From Microbacteriaceae bacterium (GTDB lineage Bacteria; Actinomycetota; Actinomycetes; Actinomycetales; Microbacteriaceae), in the NCBI GenBank assembly GCA_040513215.1, contig JBEVDR010000033.1, positions 7,461 through 71,460 of the forward strand: 64,000 bases of DNA, written 5' to 3'. Position 1 is the first letter of the stretch, and every line of letters begins with the position of its first letter. Shown in pieces: positions 1-10,911 of this stretch. The notes beneath the pieces are model-generated. The model was not told the DNA's origin. It made no database searches and saw only the letters and a list, made by a program, of their open reading frames with translations. Position numbers and translations under genes: made by a program.

Positions 1-578
1 CAGTCACTGACCGTGGACAGCCCGCGCGTCAGCAGCCGGATCAGCACGTCGAAGCTGTCATCGAGGTCGTCGGGCAGCCCGAAGCCGCCGCCGAGCTCGA
101 GCATGACGAACCCGTGCATCGCCGAGCGCAGCGCGCGGATCGCGTCCACCAGGCGGTCGGCTGGCAGGGCGTAGCCGCGCAGGGCACCCTCCACGACCCG
201 CAGCGTCTCGGCCGCGGCATCCTGAAACTCCTGATCGTCGGCGAGGCCGCCGCCGGTCTGCACCGCCCAATAGCGCGCCGGATGCTGTCGGGCGAAGCCG
301 CGCATTGCGTGCGCCAGTGCGGTGACGGCGTCATCGCCAGACCTGCCCATCACCGCCTCGGCGCTCACCCTGGTCAGCTCCCGCACTGCTGCGACCCGCA
401 TCGCCTGCTTCAGGTCGCCGAGCGAGGCGACGTGCTTGTACAGGCTCGGCACCGCGACCCCGGCGCGTCCGGCGACCGCGGAGAGGGTGATCGAGCCGAA
501 CCCGGCCGTGCCGTCGGCGTCGATCAGCTTGAGCGCAATGTCGACGACCGACTCGCGGGTGAGTCCCGCCCTAGCCAC
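1..578 (-). CDS. TetR/AcrR family regulator with WHG-like C-terminal domain (3' end at or just beyond the window edge)
   Basis: Not in the ORF track. Manual translation from GTG 578 gives MARAGLTRESVVDIALKLID...ITLSAVAGRAGVAVPSLYKHV (TetR HTH)...LRSAMHGFVMLELGGGFG. It overlaps the stop of the upstream hydrolase. Confidence 0.85.
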   Translation of the reverse strand, partial: MARAGLTRESVVDIALKLIDADGTAGFGSITLSAVAGRAGVAVPSLYKHVASLGDLKQAMRVAAVRELTRVSAEAVMGRSGDDAVTALAHAMRGFARQHPARYWAVQTGGGLADDQEFQDAAAETLRVVEGALRGYALPADRLVDAIRALRSAMHGFVMLELGGGFGLPDDLDDSFDVLIRLLTRGLSTVSD

Positions 579-1410
579 GAGGGCCCCGCACGGCGAAGCG
601 CTGCAGGAAAGGAAGCAGCTCGGCGAGCACCAGGTCGGGTCGCTGCGCCTGCGGGTAGTGTCCCGTCTCAGCAACGACATGCACGTCGGCGTCGATGGTG
701 TCGGCAATCCAGTCGGCTTCGGCGCGCGGGTCGCGGTAGTCGGGGTCCTGGTCGCCGATGAACACGAGCGCCGGCGCCAACACATCGCCCAGCCGGCGCT
801 CGACGACGGAGTGATCCAGTGCCACCGCCAGGTCACGCAGCGAGCGCAGCCGGCCGGGCTCGGACAGATTCGCGCGGATGTCGCGGCGATGCTTCGCGAG
901 CCATGATGCCTGCGTGCCTTTGTTCAGCGACCCGTAGAACGCAGACCAGAACGCCGCGCCCCACCACGGCGCAAGAGCGACGCGGAACAGCACACGGGTC
1001 AGGCTCGCAGCGAATGCGCTCTTCGGCGCCTCACGCAGGAATGGACCGAACAGCACGAGCCCGCTGATCGCCGCGGGCCGCTCGGCCGCCGCCCAGGCCG
1101 CAGCTGCCGCTCCCATCGAGTTGCCGAGGGCCACGGCCGGGCCGCCCAGCTCGTCGATCAGCGCGAGCAAGTCTTCGCCCGTCTCCACATCGCCGTGACT
1201 GCTGAAGCTCGTGTCACTGTCGCCGTGGCCGCGCAGATCCATGACGGCGAACCGGAAGCCGGCGCCGGTTACGGATGCCGCGAGATCGCGGTACACCGAG
1301 CGCAGGTCACCCATGCCGGGGATCGCGACCACGAGGGGTCCATCGCCCTCGACGGTGTAGGCGATTCGTCCCTGCGGGCGGCTGAGGAATTGAACAGGTG
1401 AAGTGGTCAT
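571..1410 (-). CDS. Alpha/beta fold hydrolase
   Basis: Motifs DLRGHGDS, nucleophile elbow GNSMG, GDQD and GHYP. Start moved to ATG 1410, which lies 7 nt after a TAGCTT -10 element. Confidence 0.9.
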   Translation of the reverse strand: MTTSPVQFLSRPQGRIAYTVEGDGPLVVAIPGMGDLRSVYRDLAASVTGAGFRFAVMDLRGHGDSDTSFSSHGDVETGEDLLALIDELGGPAVALGNSMGAAAAAWAAAERPAAISGLVLFGPFLREAPKSAFAASLTRVLFRVALAPWWGAAFWSAFYGSLNKGTQASWLAKHRRDIRANLSEPGRLRSLRDLAVALDHSVVERRLGDVLAPALVFIGDQDPDYRDPRAEADWIADTIDADVHVVAETGHYPQAQRPDLVLAELLPFLQRFAVRGPRG

Positions 1411-1417
1411 AGCCAAT

Positions 1418-1436
1418 AAGCTAATCGCATTAGCTT
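1418..1436. promoter_or_regulatory. Perfect inverted repeat AAGCTAAT-CGC-ATTAGCTT; likely TetR operator overlapping the hydrolase -10
   Basis: AT-rich palindrome with 8-bp arms directly upstream of the hydrolase-tetR operon. Confidence 0.7.
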
Positions 1437-1486
1437 TAGGGCGCAAGCGGTGAAACAGCATCCGTTCCGGTCAGTAGCATGAACTC

Positions 1487-2491
1487 ATGACGAGTTCTCT
1501 TCGGGTTGGCTACGCCGCCATGCTCGAACAGTTTCACCCGATGGAGGCGGTCGAGCTCAGCCGCTACGCCGAGAGCAAGGGCTTCTCGGGGGTGATGGCG
1601 ACCGACCACTACCAGCCGTGGGTTCCGCAGCAGGGGCAGAGCTCGTTCGTCTGGAACGTGCTCACCGCGATCGGCGAGCGCACCACCGGCGACATGGGGC
1701 CGGGCGTCAGCACGCCCACCTTCCGCTGGCATCCCGCCATGGTGGCACAGGCGAGCGCGACCCTCGGCGCTATGTATCCCGGCCGGCACTGGCTCGGCAT
1801 CGGCTCCGGCGAGGCCATCAACGAGCACATCACCGGGCAGTACTGGCCGGAACCGCACGAACGCATCGACCGGATGTTCGAGGCCGTCGACATCATCAAG
1901 AAGCTGTTCGCGTCCGGGCTCTCCGGCCGCGACGTCAAACACCACGGTCAGTACTACAAGCTGGAGTCCACCCGGCTGTGGACCATGCCGGCAGTGGCGC
2001 CGGAGATCCTCGTCGCCACCGCAGGCCCGATCACCGCCAAGCGGGCAGGCAGGACCGTGGACGGCCTGATCACCGTGGGCGCGCCGGTGGAGAAACTGCA
2101 GATGCTGCTCAAGAAGTTCGCCGACGGCGCCAGGGAAGCCGGACGGGATGCGTCGCGAATGCCGAAGGCGCTCCAACTCCATCTGTCCTGGGCTGACACT
2201 GAGGAGGAAGCGATGCGGAACGCCCTCGTCGAGTGGCCGAACGGCGGGATGCGGTTCCCGAAGGGCGACATCCGCAGCCCGTTCGAACTGGAACAGATGG
2301 CCCGTCTGGTGCGCCCCGAGGACTTCGAGGGCCGCATGGTCATCTCGGCCGACCCCGACGTGCACCGCGCGCACATCCAGCGCTTCGCCGACCTCGGCTT
2401 CGACCGCATCTACCTGCACAACGTTGGCCGCAACCAGCGCGAGTGGATCGACGTGTTCGCCCGTGACGTGCTACCGAAACTGAGCCGCTGA
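1487..2491 (+). CDS. F420-dependent LLM-class oxidoreductase (G6PDH-like, TIGR03557-like family)
   Basis: Motifs [23 protein letters not shown] and [12 protein letters not shown]. Translationally coupled to cofE. Confidence 0.85.
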   Translation: MTSSLRVGYAAMLEQFHPMEAVELSRYAESKGFSGVMATDHYQPWVPQQGQSSFVWNVLTAIGERTTGDMGPGVSTPTFRWHPAMVAQASATLGAMYPGRHWLGIGSGEAINEHITGQYWPEPHERIDRMFEAVDIIKKLFASGLSGRDVKHHGQYYKLESTRLWTMPAVAPEILVATAGPITAKRAGRTVDGLITVGAPVEKLQMLLKKFADGAREAGRDASRMPKALQLHLSWADTEEEAMRNALVEWPNGGMRFPKGDIRSPFELEQMARLVRPEDFEGRMVISADPDVHRAHIQRFADLGFDRIYLHNVGRNQREWIDVFARDVLPKLSR

Positions 2492-3285
2492 TGCTGACCA
2501 TCTTCACCCTGGACGCGATCCCCGAGGTCGTCGCCGGCGACGACCTCGCCGGCATCATCGGGCACGCCGCCGACGGCATGCTGCAGGATGGCGACATCCT
2601 CGCCGTCACCTCGAAGATCGTGTCCAAGGCGGAGGGCCGTCAGGTGGCCGCCGCCGACCGGGAACAGGCGATCACCGAGCAGACCGTGCGGATCGTGGCC
2701 ACCAAGCAGCACGGCCACGGCGTCACCCGGATCGTGGAGAACCCGCTCGGCCTGGTGCTGGCCGCCGCCGGAGTCGATGCCAGCAACACCCCGGCCGGCA
2801 CCATCCTGCTGCTGCCGGAGGATCCGGATGCCTCGGCCCTGGCGCTCTGCGCCGCACTGCGGGACCGGTTCGGGGTGCGTCTCGGCGTGATCATCACCGA
2901 CACGCTCGGTCGTGCGTGGCGGCAGGGACAGACGGATGTCGCGATCGGCGCCGCCGGCGTGCGGGTAATCGACGACCTGCGCGGCACCAGCGACGCCGGT
3001 GGACGCGTACTCGAGGCCACCCTCGCCGCGGTGGCCGACGAGATCGCCGGCGCGGCAGAACTGGTCAAGGGCAAGGCCTCCGGCCGCCCGGTCGCGGTGG
3101 TGCGCGGACTCGGGCAGTACGTGGGGGAGCTCGGCCTGCCCGGCGCCCACGCGCTGATCCGACCGGCCGCCGACGACCTGTTCCGCCTGGGCAGCGACGA
3201 AGCGCGAGCCGAGGGCCACGCCGAGGGCTACGCGGAGGGCCTGCACGACGGCGCCGCCGCGGCACGCCGCCAGCCCGCAGACTGA
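2491..3285 (+). CDS. cofE: Coenzyme F420-0:L-glutamate ligase (single domain, no nitroreductase domain)
   Basis: Motifs [62 protein letters not shown] and [14 protein letters not shown]. Confidence 0.93.
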   Translation: MLTIFTLDAIPEVVAGDDLAGIIGHAADGMLQDGDILAVTSKIVSKAEGRQVAAADREQAITEQTVRIVATKQHGHGVTRIVENPLGLVLAAAGVDASNTPAGTILLLPEDPDASALALCAALRDRFGVRLGVIITDTLGRAWRQGQTDVAIGAAGVRVIDDLRGTSDAGGRVLEATLAAVADEIAGAAELVKGKASGRPVAVVRGLGQYVGELGLPGAHALIRPAADDLFRLGSDEARAEGHAEGYAEGLHDGAAAARRQPAD

Positions 3286-3390
3286 GGAATTTTCATAGCA
3301 CGTTAGGTACTGGTGTATTGGGGGGAGACTCGGCAGACTCAGTTTGTGAACAGCTTGCCCGCGACGTCGCGCCTCGGTAATTCCGACGCG

Positions 3391-4359
<969 letters not shown>

Positions 4360-4361
4360 CC

Positions 4362-5630
4362 GTGGGCACGAGCCAGTCCAGCCGGTCGCGGGTCAGGCGA
4401 CTGAGCAGACGCGGCTGGATGCTGCTGATGGTGGCCGCGGTGTGCCTGATCACCGGGTACGCCAGTGCCCGCACCGAGCTCATGTACATCGCCGCGTTCA
4501 CCGCGCTGATGCCGCTGTCCGCGATCATCTACGTGCGGATGCGGCAGCCGCGGCTTGAGACACGGCGCGATTTCCACCCCACGGTCATCAGCGCCGGTCA
4601 GGTGGCCACGGCCACCCTCCAGGTGCGTAACCGGGCCACCACGCCCACCCCGCAACTGCGTTGGAGCGAGCTGCTGCCCTGGGCACCGTACCAAACCCCG
4701 GTCGAGACGCTCGCGCCGATCCCACCGCGCCGCACCGTCGCCGCCCAGTACACGCTTCAGCCGCCGCGCCGCGGCATCATGAACGTCGGGCCGATGACGA
4801 TCGAATTCTCCGACCCGTTCTCGCTGGCCCACGTCTGGCGCACCATTGCGCAATCCGAGCGGATCGTGGTGACACCGGCGGTCGTCGCACTGCCCGACAT
4901 CGGCCTTGCCCTGGCCGAGGGCGACGGCGCCGCCCAGCTGATCCAGCGCCGCGCCGCTGGCAATGACGACGACCTGATGACCCGCGAGTACCGGGCAGGC
5001 GACGCGCTGCGCCGGGTTCACTGGCGGGCGTCGGCCCGGCAGGGCGAGTTGATGGTGCGGCAGGAGGAGCAGCGCACCTTTCCCGAGGCCCGCATCATCA
5101 TCGACACCCTACGCAGCGGCTACGACGACCCGCTGTTCAGCAGCGGCCCGCCGGGGGACAGCGACCGCTTCGAATGGGCGGTGTCCATGCTCGCCTCGCT
5201 CGGCGTGCACCTGCACGCAGCGGGGTATCGCGTGCACATCGTCGAAACCGGCGCGCGCCAGGTTGCCCCGCTCGGCGACGCCCACGAATGGGCCGCCAGC
5301 GACAGTGAGTTCCTGATCAGCCTCGCCGACATCCGTCTGCTCCGGGATCGTGAGGGCGTCGGCTACGTCAGCGATGAGCAGCCCGGCGCGCGCGGCCCGG
5401 TGTTCGCCCTCATCTCCGAGCCTTCCGACGAAACCCTCGACTGGTTGATCGGCCAGCGTCGACCGTTCGACCTCGCACTCGCGTTCGTGCTCGATGGATG
5501 GTCGGATTCCACCTCGCAGGCGCTGACCAGCGCCGGCTGGCACTGCATCGAGGTGTCACCCGAGGTGGCACTCGCGGATGCCTGGACGACCGCGCTGGTC
5601 GAGACCGGAGGCGTCCATGGCCTCGTCTGA
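4362..5630 (+). CDS. DUF58 domain membrane protein (MoxR-associated)
   Basis: Motif REYRAGDALRRVHWRASARQGELMVRQEE, two N-terminal TM helices, position after moxR. Confidence 0.88.
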   Translation: MGTSQSSRSRVRRLSRRGWMLLMVAAVCLITGYASARTELMYIAAFTALMPLSAIIYVRMRQPRLETRRDFHPTVISAGQVATATLQVRNRATTPTPQLRWSELLPWAPYQTPVETLAPIPPRRTVAAQYTLQPPRRGIMNVGPMTIEFSDPFSLAHVWRTIAQSERIVVTPAVVALPDIGLALAEGDGAAQLIQRRAAGNDDDLMTREYRAGDALRRVHWRASARQGELMVRQEEQRTFPEARIIIDTLRSGYDDPLFSSGPPGDSDRFEWAVSMLASLGVHLHAAGYRVHIVETGARQVAPLGDAHEWAASDSEFLISLADIRLLRDREGVGYVSDEQPGARGPVFALISEPSDETLDWLIGQRRPFDLALAFVLDGWSDSTSQALTSAGWHCIEVSPEVALADAWTTALVETGGVHGLV

Positions 5631-7827
5631 CCCGCGCGGACGGCGCAACAACTGGCCAATGACGGTAGCCCTGGCGCTAGCCCTCAGCATTGCCGTCACC
5701 GGACTCTCGAGCGCGCTGTCGAGCTGGGACTGGTGGCTGCTCTCCGTCTTCACCGGGTTCGTCGCCCTCGGCGTCGCAGGATGGGTGCGCGGGCTCACCC
5801 GGTTCCGCGTCATCCCGTCACTGGCGGCGCTCGCCGCCGTCCTGCTGGTGCTCACCGTGCGGTTCGCGGCCGACACCGCCATCTTCTGGCTGGTCCCCAC
5901 CTTCGACACCATCGACAGGTTCGGCGAGCTGATGCTGGTTGGCCAGCTCGGCATCGTGGAGTCGATCGTGCCGGCGGCGGCGACCGAGGGCATGCTGTTC
6001 ATCATCGCGCTCGGCATGGGCGTGGTGGCCGTGACGCTCGACGCGGTGGCGCTCGCCCTGAGAGCACCGGCGCTCAGCGGCATCCCGCTGCTCGTCGTGG
6101 TCGCGATCCCCAGCGTGGTGCAACGCGAACTGAGCTCGGTCTGGACCTTCGTGTTCACCGCCATCGCGTGGCTGCTCGTGCTCTGGGTGGACAAGCGGCG
6201 CCCGCAACCCGGCAGCGCCGTCGCAGTCGGCGCGTTCGTTGTGGTCGGAGCACTCATCGCCGCGCCGGTACTCGCCGGTTTGCAGCCCGACTCGTCGGGC
6301 AACCGGGCGGCGGCAGGCCTTCAGGTGGGGGTCAACCCGATGGTGAACCTCGGCAACGACCTGCGCCGCTCCGACCCGTTCGTGGCGCTCACCTACACGA
6401 CCACTCGGGAAACCGGGCACTACCTGCGGATGGTCACCCTCGACCAGTTCGACGGACTGCAGTGGGAGCCGACCGGTGTCGTGGTCGACCGGGACAACAC
6501 GGTGGATGCGATCGCCGCCCCGCCGGGCCTGTCGGATGCCGTGGTGCGGGAGACGGTGACCACCGATGTGGAGATCGGCTCCACCGTCGGCCGCTGGCTG
6601 CCGGTGCCCTACCCTCCGATCGAGGTCGGTGGGCTCGTCGGCGACTGGTTCTGGGAACCCGACGGGCTGTCCATCCGAGCGGACAACACCTATATCCGCT
6701 GGCAGGAGTACACGGTTCAGAGCGCCTGGCTCCGCCCGACCGCCGAGCAGCTGCTCGCCGTCGGCCAGCGGGTACCGCAACCGGTCGAGCAATACACCCA
6801 CCTGCCCGTCGATGTGGCCGAGAACATTCGCGCGGCAACTGAGGAGGTCACCGGAGGCCTGAGTACCGCCTACGAGAAGGCCATCGCCCTGCAGGACTAC
6901 TTCCGCAATGGCGACTTCGACTACTCAGAGGATGCCCCGGTCGAGGAAGGCTACGACGGCGACGGGCTGGCCGTGATCAGCAAATTCCTCGAGGTGAAGC
7001 AGGGCTACTGCGTGCACTTCGCGTCCTCCATGGCAGTGATGGCGCGGTTGGCGGGGATTCCGGCGAGGGTTGCCGTGGGGTTCCTGCCCGGTGAACTGGA
7101 GACTGATTCGCAGACCCGCGAGGAGTACTACCTGGTCACCTCGCATGACATGCACGCCTGGCCTGAGCTGTTCTTCGAGGGCGTGGGCTGGGTGCCGTTC
7201 GAGCCGACGCCCGGGCGGGGCGTTCTGCCCAACTACGAGGCGCCCGTCGTCGATGACCCGGCGACGCCGAACGTCGACGAATCTCGCCCGGTGCCGGCGC
7301 CAACCGGGGCCCCCACCACGAGCACCCGCGACGACCTGCCCTCCGACGACCTCAGCCAACCGGGTGCCGAGAAGGTCGACTGGACACCGGTGCTGTGGAC
7401 CATCGGCATCACGGCCGCCACCCTGCTGGTGGTGTTCGCACCCGCATCCTGGCGCCGCCTCATCCGCTCGCGCCGACTGCTCAGTCACAGCCCTGAACAG
7501 TTCTGGCAGGAACTGCGCGATACCGCCACCGACTTCGGAATTCCTGCCCCCGCTACCGAGACGGCGAGGGCCTTCGCCACCCGACTCGAGCAGATCGGCC
7601 AGGTACGCGGGGAACAACTCGATCGGCTCCGCGACGCCGTCGAGTTGCACAGCTATGCCGAGCACGCGGGCGCCCTGCTGGTGCGGGAGATCGCCGCCGG
7701 CCCGGCCGACGCCCGTGAGGTGATCGCCCGGATCGAGAGTGGGCACGGCGTCCTGCAACGCCTGCGCGCGCTGCTGCTGCCGATGTCGCTGATCCCGCGC
7801 CGAACAGCCGAGGCTAGATCGAGTTAG
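5617..7827 (+). CDS. Membrane transglutaminase-like protein (TgpA/DUF3488 type)
   Basis: N-terminal TM bundle; catalytic motifs GYCVHFAS, HAWPE and WVPFEPTP; SD GGAGG before ATG 5617. Confidence 0.88.
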   Translation: MASSDPRGRRNNWPMTVALALALSIAVTGLSSALSSWDWWLLSVFTGFVALGVAGWVRGLTRFRVIPSLAALAAVLLVLTVRFAADTAIFWLVPTFDTIDRFGELMLVGQLGIVESIVPAAATEGMLFIIALGMGVVAVTLDAVALALRAPALSGIPLLVVVAIPSVVQRELSSVWTFVFTAIAWLLVLWVDKRRPQPGSAVAVGAFVVVGALIAAPVLAGLQPDSSGNRAAAGLQVGVNPMVNLGNDLRRSDPFVALTYTTTRETGHYLRMVTLDQFDGLQWEPTGVVVDRDNTVDAIAAPPGLSDAVVRETVTTDVEIGSTVGRWLPVPYPPIEVGGLVGDWFWEPDGLSIRADNTYIRWQEYTVQSAWLRPTAEQLLAVGQRVPQPVEQYTHLPVDVAENIRAATEEVTGGLSTAYEKAIALQDYFRNGDFDYSEDAPVEEGYDGDGLAVISKFLEVKQGYCVHFASSMAVMARLAGIPARVAVGFLPGELETDSQTREEYYLVTSHDMHAWPELFFEGVGWVPFEPTPGRGVLPNYEAPVVDDPATPNVDESRPVPAPTGAPTTSTRDDLPSDDLSQPGAEKVDWTPVLWTIGITAATLLVVFAPASWRRLIRSRRLLSHSPEQFWQELRDTATDFGIPAPATETARAFATRLEQIGQVRGEQLDRLRDAVELHSYAEHAGALLVREIAAGPADAREVIARIESGHGVLQRLRALLLPMSLIPRRTAEARSS

Positions 7828-7842
7828 GTAAGGCATGCCATA
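7824..7842 (+). promoter_or_regulatory. IdeR/DtxR iron box TTAGGTAAGGCATGCCATA
   Basis: 16/19 match to TWAGGTWAGSCTWACCTWA. Overlaps the -10 (CATACT 7839-7844) of the siderophore operon. Confidence 0.8.
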
Positions 7843-7850
7843 CTAAGGCA

Positions 7851-8816
7851 ATGCTTACTCTGAGCCAGGTCGTGGCCAAGGACACCCGTCCCGCCTACCG
7901 CCCGTTCCGCGCCGCCGTCACCGGACTCACCCGGCTCAGCCCGCACTTCATGCGGGTCACCTTCAGTGGCCCCGACTTCGACCGGTTCGGTACCGACGGC
8001 CTGGATCAGCGGATCAAGATTGTGCTGCCGATCCCCGGAATCGGCCTCAGCGACTTCGGCGCCGACGATGCCGACACCGTCCTCGTTGGCGACTGGTACG
8101 CCCGCTGGCGGCAACTGTCCGACGAGATCCGGAACCCCTTCCGCACCTACACGGTGCGGGCGGTGCGGCCCGAGCTGCGCGAGCTCGACGTCGACATGGT
8201 GATGCATCCGGATGCCGTGGATGGCGCCCGCGGCCCGGCCGCCGAGTGGCTGTCCAGCGTCGGCATCGGTGGTCAGGTGGTCATCGTCGGGCCCGATTCC
8301 GGCAGCGTCGACTCCCACATCGGCATCGACTGGCACCCGGGTGATGCCAGCGAGGTGCTCCTCGCCGGTGATGAGACCGCGGCGCCGGCCATCTGCAGCG
8401 TGATCGAATCCCTGCCGGCTGGGGTGACCGCACATGCGTTCATCGAAGTTCCGGATGCCGCCGACCGGCTGCCACTGGACGTCGCCGACGGATGCACCGT
8501 CACCTGGCTCGCCCGCGACGGTGGCCAGGTGGGCTCCGTCCTGGAGCCCGCGGTGCGCGACTGGGTGAGTGCGCACCCGGCGGCGATCCGACCCGCGCTC
8601 ACGGCATCCGCCCAGTCCGTCGAAGACGTCGACGTCGACACGCAACTGCTGTGGGACTCACCGGCGCAGTCGCACGGCCAGTTCTACGCCTGGCTCGCCG
8701 GCGAGGCCGCGATGATCAAGACTCTGCGTCGGTTCCTGGTGACCGAGACCGGGATCGACCGGTCTCAAGTGGCGTTCATGGGCTACTGGCGGCACGGCAA
8801 GGCCGAAGCCCAGTAA
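7851..8816 (+). CDS. Siderophore-interacting protein (ViuB/SIP family)
   Basis: Motifs LSPHFMRVTF, DQRIKI, RTYTVR, LAGDETAAPA, WLAGEA and FMGYWR. Confidence 0.92.
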   Translation: MLTLSQVVAKDTRPAYRPFRAAVTGLTRLSPHFMRVTFSGPDFDRFGTDGLDQRIKIVLPIPGIGLSDFGADDADTVLVGDWYARWRQLSDEIRNPFRTYTVRAVRPELRELDVDMVMHPDAVDGARGPAAEWLSSVGIGGQVVIVGPDSGSVDSHIGIDWHPGDASEVLLAGDETAAPAICSVIESLPAGVTAHAFIEVPDAADRLPLDVADGCTVTWLARDGGQVGSVLEPAVRDWVSAHPAAIRPALTASAQSVEDVDVDTQLLWDSPAQSHGQFYAWLAGEAAMIKTLRRFLVTETGIDRSQVAFMGYWRHGKAEAQ

Positions 8817-9865
8817 TGGCGCTGCCGCTCGCGCGGCCGGCCGCCGCCCCGCTCGCGGGCCGTGATCGGTCGCGGCATCGGGTACTCGGACTGCTCGTGG
8901 CGCTCGGCGTGCTGCTGCTCGTCGTGATGCTGAGCCTGGCGCTCGGGGCACGCGATGTGGCGCTCGGCAGCGTGTTCGATGCCGTGTTCGCCCCGATCCC
9001 GGGTAACACCGACCACGTGGTGGTGCGCGATCTCCGGGTGCCGAGAACGGTGGTCGGAATCGTGGCGGGCGCCTGCCTCGGACTTGCCGGCGCCATCATG
9101 CAGGGAATCACCCGCAATCCGATCGCCGATCCGGGGCTGCTCGGAGTGAACTCCGGGGCATCGCTGTGTGTGGTGCTCGCCATCGCGCTCTTCGGTATCA
9201 CGGCGCCGTCGGGCTACATCTGGTTCGCCCTCGCCGGGGCGGCGATTGCCGCCAGCATCGTCTACGGGATCGGCGCGATCGGCCGAGAAGGCGCCACACC
9301 CGTGAAACTGGCGTTGGCCGGCACCGCGCTCACCGCCGGCCTTACCTCGATCATCACGCTGCTGCTGATCACCGACGTGGACACGCTCGGCACCTTCCGG
9401 TTCTGGTCGGTCGGATCGCTGGCGAACCGCGATCTCGGCATTGTCCAGGCGCTGCTGCCGTTCGTGATCGTCGGGGTCGTGCTCGCTGCCCTGGTGGGGC
9501 GCATGCTCAACCTGCTGGCACTCGGCGACGACCTGGCGCGCGGGCTCGGTCAGAACATCGCCGTGGCGCGCGTGTTCTCGGGGCTCGCGATCGTGCTGCT
9601 CTGCGGCTCGGCCACCGCGCTCGCCGGCCCGATCGTGTTCGTCGGCCTCGTGATACCGCACCTGGTGCGCCCGTTCACCGGACCGGACTATCGCTGGATC
9701 CTGGCGTACTCGGCGGTACTCGGACCCGCGCTGCTGCTCACCGCCGACGTCATCGGCCGCCTGGTGGTGCGCCCCGGTGAGCTCGAGGCGAGCCTCGTGG
9801 TGGCACTGATCGGTGCCCCGGTGATGATCGCCCTGGTGCGCCGCGTGAAGCTGGCCGGACTGTGA
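8816..9865 (+). CDS. Iron-siderophore ABC transporter permease (FecCD family)
   Basis: Motifs LRVPRT, QGITRNPIADPGLLGVNSGA and GPIVFVGLVIPH. TAATG overlap with the SIP gene. Confidence 0.92.
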   Translation: MALPLARPAAAPLAGRDRSRHRVLGLLVALGVLLLVVMLSLALGARDVALGSVFDAVFAPIPGNTDHVVVRDLRVPRTVVGIVAGACLGLAGAIMQGITRNPIADPGLLGVNSGASLCVVLAIALFGITAPSGYIWFALAGAAIAASIVYGIGAIGREGATPVKLALAGTALTAGLTSIITLLLITDVDTLGTFRFWSVGSLANRDLGIVQALLPFVIVGVVLAALVGRMLNLLALGDDLARGLGQNIAVARVFSGLAIVLLCGSATALAGPIVFVGLVIPHLVRPFTGPDYRWILAYSAVLGPALLLTADVIGRLVVRPGELEASLVVALIGAPVMIALVRRVKLAGL

Positions 9866-10911
9866 CCGTGACCACGGAGGTGCCGAGCACGCTGTGGCGG
9901 GATGACCGAACCCACCGGAGGCGACGCGCCACCCGGATCAGTCTCACCCTCACCGCGCTCGTGCTGCTGGTCGCCGCCGGGAGTCTTGCCATCGGCGCCT
10001 ACACGCTGCCGCTGCCCGACGTGATCACCACCCTGGCCGGGCAGGGCGAGGCCCGCGACAACTTCATCGTCTTCGGCCTGCGCCTGCCGCGGCTGCTGCT
10101 CGGCGCGCTCGTCGGCGCGGCCTTCGCGATATCCGGAGCCCTGTTCCAGACGCTGCTGAAGAACCCGCTCGCCAGCCCCGACATCATCGGCATCAGTGGG
10201 GGAGCGAGCGCCGCCGCGGCGTACAGCATCCTGTTCCTGGGCCTCAGCGGAGCGGCCGTGCCGCTCGCCGCCTTCCTCGGGGCGCTGGCTGCGGCAACCG
10301 CGATCTACCTGCTCGCCTGGCGGGGCGGCGTCACCGGCTACCGGTTCGTGCTGATCGGCGTCGGAGTGGCGTTCATGATGCAGGCCGTGCTCGGCTACCT
10401 GATCACCCGCGGCGACGTGCGCGACGTGCAGCAGGCGCTGGTGTGGATGGTGGGCGGCATCGGCGGCGCCAGCTGGGTCGACATCGTCGTGCTCGCCCTC
10501 ACGCTGGCCGTACTGCTGCCGGCGGTAGGCCTGTTCGTCCCGCGGATACGGATGCTGCAACTCGGCGACGACACGGCGGGCGGTCTCGGGGTGCGCGTCG
10601 AATCGACCAGGCTCACCCTGCTCGTGATCGCCGTCGCGCTCGCCGCGGTGACCACCGCGTTCGCCGGTCCGGTCGCGTTCGTCGCGTTCGTGTCGGCGCC
10701 GATCGCCAGACGGCTGATCGGCACCGGATCGCTCGCGCTGGTGCCGAGCGCGCTGGTCGGCATCCTGCTGGTCACCGCCGCCGACTTCGTGGCGCAGCAC
10801 CTGCTGCCCGGCACCCTGCAGGTCCCGGTCGGCATTATCACCGGCGTCGTCGGTGCCCCATACCTGCTGTGGCTGCTGGCCACCGCCAACAGGAGAGGAC
10901 GCGGCGCATGA
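9862..10911 (+). CDS. Iron-siderophore ABC transporter permease (FecCD family)
   Basis: Motifs LRLPR, QTLLKNPLASPDIIG, GPVAFVAF and PVGIITG. Confidence 0.92.
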   Translation: MTVTTEVPSTLWRDDRTHRRRRATRISLTLTALVLLVAAGSLAIGAYTLPLPDVITTLAGQGEARDNFIVFGLRLPRLLLGALVGAAFAISGALFQTLLKNPLASPDIIGISGGASAAAAYSILFLGLSGAAVPLAAFLGALAAATAIYLLAWRGGVTGYRFVLIGVGVAFMMQAVLGYLITRGDVRDVQQALVWMVGGIGGASWVDIVVLALTLAVLLPAVGLFVPRIRMLQLGDDTAGGLGVRVESTRLTLLVIAVALAAVTTAFAGPVAFVAFVSAPIARRLIGTGSLALVPSALVGILLVTAADFVAQHLLPGTLQVPVGIITGVVGAPYLLWLLATANRRGRGA

